A stretch of 64,000 nt of DNA from a virus. Under the pieces are notes generated by a model. That model made no database searches, was not told the DNA's origin, and saw only the letters and a list, made by a program, of their open reading frames with translations. Made by a program: the position numbers and the translations under genes. The DNA is taken from positions 4,211 through 68,210 of the IMG/VR virus record IMGVR_UViG_3300045960_000093, one strand, 5' to 3'. Shown piece after piece: positions 55,366 to 64,000 of the stretch (position 1 is the stretch's first letter; every line of letters begins with the position of its first letter).

Positions 55366-58300
55366 CTAGCTGCCCATCATACCTCGGCTGATCTTGAGCT
55401 CCGCCATGTAGGCGCGCACTCGAGCTCGCGATCGGCCTCGCGGGTCGTAGCTGCTGTTCAACGCTCGCTTCTCCTGCTGCTTGTTCAACACCCCGGGCCT
55501 CGTCACCGCCGCCGGACTGGCTTCTCCAGGCATCAAAGCCCCCAGAGCATCGCCGCCAGCCAACACCTGATCGCCGACCCGCTTGGGCCGCTGCACCTCG
55601 GTATTGTAGTCTCCGTAGGCTCGGCTATGGAAGCCTTCGATCATCGCCGACGGGTCTTCGACCAACCCGTTCGGGGCGAACTTGAGGTTGGCGCTCCCGA
55701 GGATCTCCGTCATCGAGGCAATCGGCCTGGTCGTGAACTCTCGAATGAATTCGTGTACCTCGGCGCTTCGGTCCTTCATCATCCCGTACACGATCGAGAG
55801 CCCGTCGATCGTCTCCTCGACGCTCCCCGGCACCACGGTGTACACCTCGCCTCCAGGTACACCTTCGACCGATGCCGTGCCTTCGCCCTGCGTGGTATCG
55901 ACCTTGCGCTGCGCGTCGGTCTTCTGTCGCTTGAGCAGAGTGTCCTGCGTGGCCTGCCCGATGCTCTTGTCGTCCGTGATGGCGAACGTCCCAAGCAGCG
56001 GGTAGTAGACGGCCTCCGTGATGCTGTCGTTGCCCCAGACGTCTGCCTGCATCCAGCGCGGCCGCGCCTTATCCTCGAAGGCCAGCGTCGACCTCTTGAA
56101 CCGCCCAGTCGGAACCCGCTTGGAGAACTCGATCACCAATGACTCGGGCAGCGTCACGGTCCCGTCGGCGCTCTTGTGCGCCTCGTAGTAGTCGGCGGAC
56201 AGCCCCAGCCCCTCCGTGACTTCCTGCTCGGTGGCTTTCCACGAGCCGGGATCGGTGACGCGGGTGATCTTCCCCAGGTCCTCGACATACAGGTTGGGCT
56301 TCAGCTTTTCTTCTGACCACCGGCGCGTCAGCTCCAAGAACAGCTCGCGCTTCCGGTACGCGACGGCGTACTTCGGGTCTTGCGCCAGCTTCTTCATGCT
56401 GAAGAGTTCCGGCTCCGCTTCGACGTCGGCCGTCTCCTCTTCGGTCATGACGCCCAGAAACTCGTCGTCCAGGCCACGATGCGTTCGGACGTAGGAGAAC
56501 CCGACGCCTGTGGCGCCGCCGCTCTGGGAGACCGAGTGGTTGATGTTCACGATCTTCCCGATGAACTGCGTCGGCAGCATCCGACGACCAAGCGCCTTCT
56601 CCAGAGCCTCGACGACAGCCGGCGCCGGCGCCGAGCGGTCTATGATGACCGACGGCAGGCCCAGCACCAGGTTGGGCATGAAGACGCCCTGGATGGCCAG
56701 GTTCCGGCTCGACCAGCGGTGCAGGAAGAGCTGGAAGTTCGCCAGGCGCTGCAAGTAGTTGACCTTCTGAAGCTTGGACAGCTCGGCTTGTGACTTCGAC
56801 TTCGAGGCCGCCAGGATGCCCCAGCGGTGGCCGTCGCTGACCCACTCGAGCTTCGGGACGATGCCAGAGTGGACCTCGTGTGGCAGCAAGACGCGAGCTC
56901 CGCGCCCGATGGTCGCGCCCAGCGACTGCCCTCTGGCGTCCTCGATGTTGGGGGCGAAGTAGAACCGGCCGAACAGCTTGGCGCCGGCGGCGCCACCACC
57001 CACGATGGCACTCAAGCCGCCCTGGCAGGCCAGGCGTGTCACCTCTCGAGCGAAGTTTCGGCTGTAGGTCAGCGTGTAGTACTGGTCCGGGAAGATGACG
57101 TTGCACCGCGGCGGGGAGACGAAGAACACCTCGGGGAAGAACAGCTGGTTGAACAGATGCCCACCGGCCGGGACCTGCACCTTCTTGGGCACCATCTTCC
57201 GAGCTCTGTGCTTCAGGCCCAGAAGGTCTGCGATCTCTTGGATGGAGCCCTCGAGGGAGCTTCGAGCATCCTTGGCGATCGTCGCATAGTTGCCGATGGC
57301 TTCTTGTGGGCTGTTCGGCAGAGCGTTGAACGCCGTCTTGATGCCGGCCGAGACACTCTGGATGGTGCCGGACAGCGAGGCCTTGTCATCGGTCGTCAGA
57401 GCGTTGACGAGCCCGGTGGTGTGGCGGATCGTTTCGTCGACTGGCACGAGGATCTTCTTGGCCGCCACCAGGGCCTCGGCCGACGCCCCGCCGGTTTGCG
57501 ACATCAGCGACATCGCCTTCAGCAGCATCAACGACGACTTCCCGCACTCCGTGATGATGTACTTGAGGTCTTCCTTGATGATCCGGCCGGACGCCTGGTC
57601 GGTGAAGATCGTCGCCGGGACACTGACGCGCCGCGAGGCGTCACGGTAGCCGGGCGGCTGATAGTGCGCGCACGGGTTCGGGTAGAGGTTGTGGAACACG
57701 TACTTGCAGACGTGCATCAAGATCTCGCGGAACGACAGCAGCGTCCCCATCGAGCTCATGCCGTTGCGCATCCAGTTGTAGAACGCCTTGCCGCTGTAGA
57801 TCTGCGCGGAGGTCTTGTCGGCCTCAATGGCACCCAGCATCCCAAGGAAGTTGTACCGGAGCTCCGCGATGCTGAAGAAGTCGTTGACGCCGTTGTAGCC
57901 CTCTTGGCCGGAGCCGCGGTGCTTGATGCCACCTACGGCCTCGAGCAGGTGGATCATGCCGCCCAGGAGGCCTTGGCACTGCTGGTACTCCGGGGTCAGC
58001 GGCTTGCTGGTCAGCAGCCGACCGATGGTCCACTGCGTCCCCTTGGCGACGTTGTCGAACAACCCCTCGCCGGCCTCGAGGAACTGGTGGACCTTGTCCG
58101 TCAGTCCATCGCCACCGACCGAGTAGTCGGCGAACCACTGGTAGCAGGCGTCCCAGTAGGATGAGAGATCGATGCACTGGAGCACCAGCTGACGCGCGCT
58201 CGAGGTCTTGTTGTACGTGTAGCCGATGACCTCTCCGCTGAACAAGAGCTTGTAGCTCCAGTCCGAGGCCTCGTACCGGTCGATCTCTTTCTCGGTCGCG

Positions 58301-58554
58301 CTCACCCGCCCCATCCGGGCCGTCGTGCCCGCGGCCTCCTCGGCCTTCTTGATGTCCTGCGCGGTCAGCGTCTCCAGATAGAAGAGGTGGACCAGCGTGC
58401 GTGGCAGCAGGTTCAACGACATGTCGGTCGGGATGATCTGAATCGACGCCTGAGCGGGCTGGTCCGGCACGCTGTTCACCTGCGCCGCGATGACCGGCAC
58501 CTCGATGCCCTCCAGAAACAACCGGAGGCCTAGTGGGGCAGCTTGTACGCTCAT
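55366..58554 (-). CDS. Large tail/baseplate hub-like protein
   Basis: LRLFLEGIEVPV...LLFSGEVIG...LQCIDLS N-terminus; position after the tape measure. Confidence 0.55.
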   Translation of the reverse strand: MSVQAAPLGLRLFLEGIEVPVIAAQVNSVPDQPAQASIQIIPTDMSLNLLPRTLVHLFYLETLTAQDIKKAEEAAGTTARMGRVSATEKEIDRYEASDWSYKLLFSGEVIGYTYNKTSSARQLVLQCIDLSSYWDACYQWFADYSVGGDGLTDKVHQFLEAGEGLFDNVAKGTQWTIGRLLTSKPLTPEYQQCQGLLGGMIHLLEAVGGIKHRGSGQEGYNGVNDFFSIAELRYNFLGMLGAIEADKTSAQIYSGKAFYNWMRNGMSSMGTLLSFREILMHVCKYVFHNLYPNPCAHYQPPGYRDASRRVSVPATIFTDQASGRIIKEDLKYIITECGKSSLMLLKAMSLMSQTGGASAEALVAAKKILVPVDETIRHTTGLVNALTTDDKASLSGTIQSVSAGIKTAFNALPNSPQEAIGNYATIAKDARSSLEGSIQEIADLLGLKHRARKMVPKKVQVPAGGHLFNQLFFPEVFFVSPPRCNVIFPDQYYTLTYSRNFAREVTRLACQGGLSAIVGGGAAGAKLFGRFYFAPNIEDARGQSLGATIGRGARVLLPHEVHSGIVPKLEWVSDGHRWGILAASKSKSQAELSKLQKVNYLQRLANFQLFLHRWSSRNLAIQGVFMPNLVLGLPSVIIDRSAPAPAVVEALEKALGRRMLPTQFIGKIVNINHSVSQSGGATGVGFSYVRTHRGLDDEFLGVMTEEETADVEAEPELFSMKKLAQDPKYAVAYRKRELFLELTRRWSEEKLKPNLYVEDLGKITRVTDPGSWKATEQEVTEGLGLSADYYEAHKSADGTVTLPESLVIEFSKRVPTGRFKRSTLAFEDKARPRWMQADVWGNDSITEAVYYPLLGTFAITDDKSIGQATQDTLLKRQKTDAQRKVDTTQGEGTASVEGVPGGEVYTVVPGSVEETIDGLSIVYGMMKDRSAEVHEFIREFTTRPIASMTEILGSANLKFAPNGLVEDPSAMIEGFHSRAYGDYNTEVQRPKRVGDQVLAGGDALGALMPGEASPAAVTRPGVLNKQQEKRALNSSYDPRGRSRARVRAYMAELKISRGMMGS

Positions 58555-61025
58555 ACGACTGGCTTGATCTCCGCGTCGACGTCACCCGCCGGCATGATGC
58601 CCGACGTGTCTTGTGGACTCTTCGGGGCCTTCTGTGGGCTGCCATACACCAAAGCCAGAAGCGCTGCACGCTCTTCGGCCGTCAAGGTCTTCCGCTGGAT
58701 GATGCCCTCCCCGCCGTAGACGTCCTCGATGGACTTCGGGGATACCTGGGCGCCGACCTGGGCGAAGTACTCGGGCTCCGTCATGGGGCGCGTCTTGGTG
58801 CCGGTGAAGATGCTCTTGACGTCGGAGCTGGTCAGCAACGATGTCGCGGACGGCCCGTAGACCTGCTCCGGCTCTGCTTCTGGGATGATGCGACCAACAG
58901 GTGCGGACTCCACGATCTCCCTGGTCACGATGATGGCCTCGTCGGGGGCCATGGTCTCGCGCTCGTAGTACGTCTGCTGCGTCGTGTACTCCGGCGTGGT
59001 GCGGCCCACCGGCGTCGAGACCGTGACGGGCTTCGTCTCGATCACCTCTTCGGACGCCGTATCACGCTCGCCATAGGCGTCGTCCAACGCAGACTTGACG
59101 GCGTCCTCGTTCCCCGAGGCCAAGCCCTGGACGAGCGTAGCGGCTTCCTCGGCCGCGGCCGCGTCCTTGGCGCGCTGCTGCTCCATGAGGGCCGCGTAGT
59201 CGGCGTCTTGGTAGGCCGCTTCGTAGTTGCGGTCCCGGTAGGAGTCGGTCGGTGAGCGATACGAGCTCTCGGTGTAGACCTCTGCCACGGCGGCCGAGCG
59301 GGCTGCCGAGCCCGTCTCCAGGACCGGCTGGTCTTCGGGTGCCAGTGCGGCCTCGCTGTACACCACGTCGGACCCGGCCGGCCCGGTGTTGAACGCACGA
59401 CCGGTCTGCGAGATCCCTGAGCGATCGCTGGCCAGCTTGTTGTAAGAGAGGTAGTCCGTCGACAGGTAGACGTCGCCGATCTTGGACTCCTCGGTGAAGT
59501 TGTCCTTCACCTCGCTGAACATCGCATCCAGCGTACGGCCTCCCGCCGTACCGATGAACTTCCCGATCGGGTTGAGACCGTTCACCACCCCCAGCGCCAC
59601 CAGCTCCAGCTGGTTGGGGGCGACGCCCAACAGCGTGTTGGATACGGTCCCCAACGGGTCGGAGATGAAGCCAGCCACGGTGGTCACCAAAGAGAAGCTC
59701 GACCGCAGGAAACCGATGACGTCCGCGGCGTCTCCGTACAGGCCCTCGGCCTGCTGCGCCATCGTGATGGCAGCCAGCGTGGCCTGACGCTCTTCGGCGA
59801 CCGCGATGCGCAACAGGTCTCGGTTGACCATCTCCATCTGCTGCGCGGGGGTTAGCAGGTCAGCGGTTGCCGACGGCTGCTGCCGGATCGGGTACTCGTC
59901 GTAGTTCTCGTAGATGGCGCCATGCGCCTTTCCCGTCACGGCCGACAGCCAGGTGGGGCCGAACTTCGATGGGCCCAGCATCCGAAGCTTGTGGTTGACC
60001 GGCACCCCGGCCACTGTGCTGGGAGCTCCGGTCTTCAGGTTGATGAAGGCGCTGCCTGCCGCACTGATGGAGTTGCCCGCGACTTCGGCTACGTCGGTGC
60101 CCGATACGAAGGCCGCGATGCCGACCGGCAGTCGGACCAAGCGGCCGCTGGTGAAGTTGCGGAACACATCTAGGTAGTTGTAGGCCATTGTCTCGAGGCC
60201 TCGCGCCTCGCGGATGACGGACCTCATCTTGGCCAAGAACCCAGTGGGACCCGTTGCGGTCGCGTTCTTGAACCGCACCTGTGAGGTGATGGACACGAAC
60301 TTCTTCCGCTGGGCCTCGAGCTCCAGGTTGAGGATGTCGGTGGTCTGCGCCTCGACGCCGGGGAACTGGATGGTGCCAACCGCCGAGTACTCGTAGTAGT
60401 TGGTCACCAGCATCTGCATCTGGAACTGGACCGTGTAGGGAGCGTCGGCGTCGTCGACGGCCGTGCAGGACAGCGGATACCCCTCGATGACGCAGGTGTC
60501 GTACGACAGGTAGCACCGAGCGTTCATCTGCACGAGCTTAGTGCCGCGCAGGTAGAGGTCATAGTTCTGCCAGAACTGGGCGCGCCAGTTGAAGTCCTCG
60601 GTGTTCATCAAGACCCCGGAGAACGTCAGCATGCGCGGCCGCTCACCGAAGAAGTAGACGAAGGTGTCACCAAAGGTCTCGATGATCTGCTGCTTCTCCA
60701 TCCGCTGGTCTTCGACGCGCTGGAGGATGAAGTCCGAGAAGTCCTTCACCTGGCCAGTCCACTCTCCTCGGTCTCCTTGGCTGCCGGAGGTGTTGTACGC
60801 GGAGCTCGAGGTCAAGGGGATCGCCGAGCCGTCAGGCTTGCGGACTGACAGCACCGCGTAGACGTCGTCCTTGATCTGGACGCCGCGGTAGGGGCGGCGC
60901 ACCGTGCTCTGTACGTCGAGGTCCCGTTCTCCGGTGGACTGGCCACCCAGTCCCATGCCCTGAGACCGTGCGTGCGCCGCGGCATTGTGGAACCCATCGG
61001 ACTCGAGAAAGATGTGCATCCCCAT
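58551..61025 (-). CDS. Baseplate/tail tube-initiator-like protein
   Basis: EKQQIIETFG..VYFFGERPRMLTFSGVL; position after the tape measure. Confidence 0.5.
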   Translation of the reverse strand: MGMHIFLESDGFHNAAAHARSQGMGLGGQSTGERDLDVQSTVRRPYRGVQIKDDVYAVLSVRKPDGSAIPLTSSSAYNTSGSQGDRGEWTGQVKDFSDFILQRVEDQRMEKQQIIETFGDTFVYFFGERPRMLTFSGVLMNTEDFNWRAQFWQNYDLYLRGTKLVQMNARCYLSYDTCVIEGYPLSCTAVDDADAPYTVQFQMQMLVTNYYEYSAVGTIQFPGVEAQTTDILNLELEAQRKKFVSITSQVRFKNATATGPTGFLAKMRSVIREARGLETMAYNYLDVFRNFTSGRLVRLPVGIAAFVSGTDVAEVAGNSISAAGSAFINLKTGAPSTVAGVPVNHKLRMLGPSKFGPTWLSAVTGKAHGAIYENYDEYPIRQQPSATADLLTPAQQMEMVNRDLLRIAVAEERQATLAAITMAQQAEGLYGDAADVIGFLRSSFSLVTTVAGFISDPLGTVSNTLLGVAPNQLELVALGVVNGLNPIGKFIGTAGGRTLDAMFSEVKDNFTEESKIGDVYLSTDYLSYNKLASDRSGISQTGRAFNTGPAGSDVVYSEAALAPEDQPVLETGSAARSAAVAEVYTESSYRSPTDSYRDRNYEAAYQDADYAALMEQQRAKDAAAAEEAATLVQGLASGNEDAVKSALDDAYGERDTASEEVIETKPVTVSTPVGRTTPEYTTQQTYYERETMAPDEAIIVTREIVESAPVGRIIPEAEPEQVYGPSATSLLTSSDVKSIFTGTKTRPMTEPEYFAQVGAQVSPKSIEDVYGGEGIIQRKTLTAEERAALLALVYGSPQKAPKSPQDTSGIMPAGDVDAEIKPVV

Positions 61026-61028
61026 CGT

Positions 61029-61250
61029 CTACCCCGCCGAGTACCGCGTCTTCAGAAGCGCGTCCTTGAAGGTCTGCGGCACGACAGTATCGACATCGTT
61101 GCCGGTTACGATTCGAAAGAGCTCACGGTTGACCATGTGGACGAACACGTCGTCGACGTTGATGCGGTCCACGATCTTGAGCCGTACCTTGCCGCGCTGC
61201 GTCGACGTGATGGTGAAGGACTGCTCGAATCGTGGGGCCTCTTCCGACAT
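61029..61250 (-). CDS. Small hypothetical protein
   Basis: RBS GAGGT; fills the gap after the tape measure gene. Confidence 0.6.
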   Translation of the reverse strand: MSEEAPRFEQSFTITSTQRGKVRLKIVDRINVDDVFVHMVNRELFRIVTGNDVDTVVPQTFKDALLKTRYSAG

Positions 61251-61258
61251 GCGTCACC

Positions 61259-64000
61259 TCACTCGTCCTTCTTCGGCGGGTTGGTGGTTCCGGACTCCGT
61301 AGGTACCTTGGGCTTGGTCGATGGGTCCTTGAACTCCAGGCCCGGAATCGCCTGGTTGACCGCCGTGACGAAGTCCGTATGGGCCTTGGCGTACGAGACC
61401 AGTAGGTGCTCGAGGGTGCCGACCGGGCCTCCACCGCCGCCGGCGGTGGGTCCGCTGCCGCGCAGCACCTCGGCGGCTTTCTTCAACGTGGCCTTGATGG
61501 CCTCCAACTCCTGGCTGTCCACCTTGCCGCCACTCTTGGCCTTCGCGGCAATATCCTTCTTCATCTCGTCGGGCAGCGCGGCGTACAAATCCAGGCGCTG
61601 CATCTGCTTCATGAAGTCTTTCTCGCTCATCCCGCCCTTCAGGCCCGAGATGACGGCTTCACGACCGACCTGGACACCGACCAACCCGCCCTGTCCGGCC
61701 AGCAGACGATTGATCTCCTTCTCCTTCAGCTCGCCGCTGGCACCGAGCTTCTCGACGCCGGCCGCCGCCTCTCCGAACTTCCCTTCCTCGTACAAAGCTC
61801 GCAGGCGCTCCAAGCGGCCCGACATCGTGCCGCGAATCCCACTGATCCCCTCGATCTGCCCTTGAGCCTTCGCGGCGCTCTGGATCGACTTGTTGGTCTT
61901 CTCGGTTTCCAGTGAGCCCAGAGAGGTCATGTAGGACTTCAGAGCGTCGGTAGCGCCTTTGCTCATGCGGCCCTTGTCGATCATCTCGGCGACTTTGCCG
62001 GCGGTCCCGCCCATCTTGGAAAGCTCTTTGGCGGCCTCACTCCCAGGACCACCCTCCATAGCCTTGATGATCAACGGAGCCATCTCGGGGTTGGCCATCT
62101 CCTGGAGCTCGGAGGTCGAAAGGCCCGTGGTCCCGGTGAGCTCTCCGATGGTCGCGCCGATTGAGGCGCCCGCCAACGCGAGAGGGATCGAGAGGATACC
62201 GAAGCCCGCGGCCGCGCCGATCGCTCCGCCGATCACAGCCCCCTGTGAGGCCCCGCCTTTCGCCCCAACGGCTTCCCGGAGCGCGTCTACGGCATCTTGC
62301 TGCGCCTGCGCGGGGTCCTTGGCGGCGCCGGGGCCGGCGGCGTTGGCCATCTTGGACAAGTCGATCTTGTACGACGACTTCTCCCAGCCCTTCTCGTTCA
62401 TGCCCGTCATGACGGCGCCGAGCTCGACGATCGCCTTGTTCTTGTCGGAACCCTTCGACGATGCCGCGATGTCGTTCAACGCCTTCGCGGCTCTCGGGTT
62501 CTTCTTCACGAGCGCCGTCACGGCCTGTCCGTACCCCTCGGGGTCGCGTTCCTTGAGATGCAGGAGCTGCTGCCGATTTGCGGGGTCGGACAGCACCTTG
62601 TCGACTTCGGCGCTCACGATGTCCTGTGCGGCACGCTGCTCCTTGGTCGGGCCTCCACCGACAGCCACCCCTAGGGTGACGGGCCCGCTCGCGTAGTCGA
62701 CCAGGCGCTGCTGGGCGAAGCCCACATCCTCTGTGGACGCGCTGTATCCGCCGCCGAGGTTGACGTCGCCGGCGCCGGCGGCTCCCTTGCGGATGCCCAT
62801 CCCCATGCGGGCCAGCATCTGCGCACGAGGCGTCATCCAGGTGTCGCTCGCACTTTGCTGTAGCACCGACAACGCGCTGCCCTTCTCCCGCGTCATCTCG
62901 ATCATCGAGTTGCCGATGGAGCCAGGGTCGATCCAGTTCTGCATCGTGTCTTTCGACATCTTCTTGAGCGCTGCCTCGTTGGGCTGCGTGTAGCCGCCAG
63001 TCGCCAGGTTCATCGCACCCTTGAAGCTGACCCCGCCTACAGCCTGCGGACCCATCCCGAGTAGCCGTCGGGACGCGCTGTCCCACATGTCTCCCATGTC
63101 GGTCGAGAACTTCTCCATCGACTGCTGGATGGGGCGCTCTACGTCTTCCTCCCACCGATGGCTCAGCGCGTCCTTGAACCCCTGCCACGAGCGGGTCTTG
63201 CGGTACTCCATCTTCCGGAGGATCTCGCTCATCGCCGCTTCGGTGGACCGCTGCTTGTCGATCTGCATGCGCGGCAGGTCCTTCATGCTGGCCTGCAGGA
63301 GATCGGCGGTGCGCTGGTCGGTCTGGGTGGCCATCGTGATCCAGCGGTTCTGGATCTCCTCGTCGGCGCCGCCGTAGCCGGCCGCGGTCATCATCTGCCC
63401 GATGCCCTGAGACACGCCGGCCAATCCACCCTGGGACAGCATCGACTGCCCCATCTCGCCCTTGCGGTTGAAGAACGACACCTGGGACGTGCGGTTGCTG
63501 ACGCGCTTCCGACCCATCTGCGAGAGCTGGTCGACCGAGATCTCACCGCGCAGGAACTTCTGCATGAGCTCAGGGTCCATGCGACCCGTGAAGCGGTCGT
63601 TCTTCATCTCGCCCAGGCCCGCCAGCATCATCTGCCCCATCGGGTGCTGGCTGAATCCGATCATGGCCTGCTGGAGCCCCTGCGCGACCTGCTGCTGTCC
63701 GGCGGCGCCGCCCTGGCCGCCGGTGTACTCCATGATCTGCTCTTCGGTCAGCGTGCCGGCCTTCATCATCGAAGAGACGTTCATCATCATCTCTTGGCCG
63801 ACCTTCGCACCCGCGCCCATGCGGCCGCCCATCGCGTGCGACATCGCGGCGCCGGACTGCATGGCGCCCATCATGGCCTGGCCACCCTGTGGACCCAGAG
63901 TCTTCATCGACGCCATGGTCCCCATGATGTCCTGCGGGTTCCACAGACCCATTTGCCGCATCTGGCCCATCATGGGCATCGCTTCTTCCAGCGACGTGCC
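61259..64000 (-). CDS. Tail tape measure-like protein (5' end lies outside the window)
   Basis: More than 910 aa, helical, M/G/A/Q-rich, with glycine-zipper GAVIGGAIGAAAG; frame open to the window edge. Confidence 0.75.
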   Translation of the reverse strand, partial: GTSLEEAMPMMGQMRQMGLWNPQDIMGTMASMKTLGPQGGQAMMGAMQSGAAMSHAMGGRMGAGAKVGQEMMMNVSSMMKAGTLTEEQIMEYTGGQGGAAGQQQVAQGLQQAMIGFSQHPMGQMMLAGLGEMKNDRFTGRMDPELMQKFLRGEISVDQLSQMGRKRVSNRTSQVSFFNRKGEMGQSMLSQGGLAGVSQGIGQMMTAAGYGGADEEIQNRWITMATQTDQRTADLLQASMKDLPRMQIDKQRSTEAAMSEILRKMEYRKTRSWQGFKDALSHRWEEDVERPIQQSMEKFSTDMGDMWDSASRRLLGMGPQAVGGVSFKGAMNLATGGYTQPNEAALKKMSKDTMQNWIDPGSIGNSMIEMTREKGSALSVLQQSASDTWMTPRAQMLARMGMGIRKGAAGAGDVNLGGGYSASTEDVGFAQQRLVDYASGPVTLGVAVGGGPTKEQRAAQDIVSAEVDKVLSDPANRQQLLHLKERDPEGYGQAVTALVKKNPRAAKALNDIAASSKGSDKNKAIVELGAVMTGMNEKGWEKSSYKIDLSKMANAAGPGAAKDPAQAQQDAVDALREAVGAKGGASQGAVIGGAIGAAAGFGILSIPLALAGASIGATIGELTGTTGLSTSELQEMANPEMAPLIIKAMEGGPGSEAAKELSKMGGTAGKVAEMIDKGRMSKGATDALKSYMTSLGSLETEKTNKSIQSAAKAQGQIEGISGIRGTMSGRLERLRALYEEGKFGEAAAGVEKLGASGELKEKEINRLLAGQGGLVGVQVGREAVISGLKGGMSEKDFMKQMQRLDLYAALPDEMKKDIAAKAKSGGKVDSQELEAIKATLKKAAEVLRGSGPTAGGGGGPVGTLEHLLVSYAKAHTDFVTAVNQAIPGLEFKDPSTKPKVPTESGTTNPPKKDE

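Noticed and set aside
13575-58164. Long + strand ORFs antisense to structural genes (e.g. 24390-26780, 33567-35651, 49927-51780)
   Set aside because: Shadow ORFs expected from high GC3 bias; no recognisable motifs
1-64000. Stop-codon reassignment
   Set aside because: Genes are long and tightly packed under the standard code, and TAG, TGA and TAA all terminate genes

Overview
A 64 kb segment of a large, high-GC tailed phage genome, most likely a myovirus-type jumbo phage. The host cannot be determined from this window. Positions 1-8.5 kb (+ strand) form a replication/recombination operon: 3' part of a family A DNA polymerase, an HU/IHF-like protein, RecA, a Zn-ribbon PD-(D/E)XK resolvase-like nuclease, a Cas4-like exonuclease, a UvsY-like protein, RusA and a MazG-like protein. 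It ends at a convergent terminator. Positions 8.6-64 kb (- strand) are a tightly coupled late/virion region: tape measure (truncated at the window edge), baseplate hub-like genes, small proteins sharing an FxDELxxI motif, a sigma-70-family factor, DUF2190-like decoration proteins, an accessory cassette (MshEN-like, permuted papain-like, ClpX-type Zn finger, membrane protein), giant baseplate proteins, two paralogous tail fibre + chaperone modules and a probable lysis trio. Most notable: a candidate -1 programmed frameshift (GGGGGAA-TAG plus hairpin) outside the tail-chaperone context, in-frame nested starts, a standalone MshEN-like protein, an antisense leaderless Zn-ribbon gene, and an intergenic three-way-junction RNA. 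All family assignments come from motif recognition by eye; no database searches were run.
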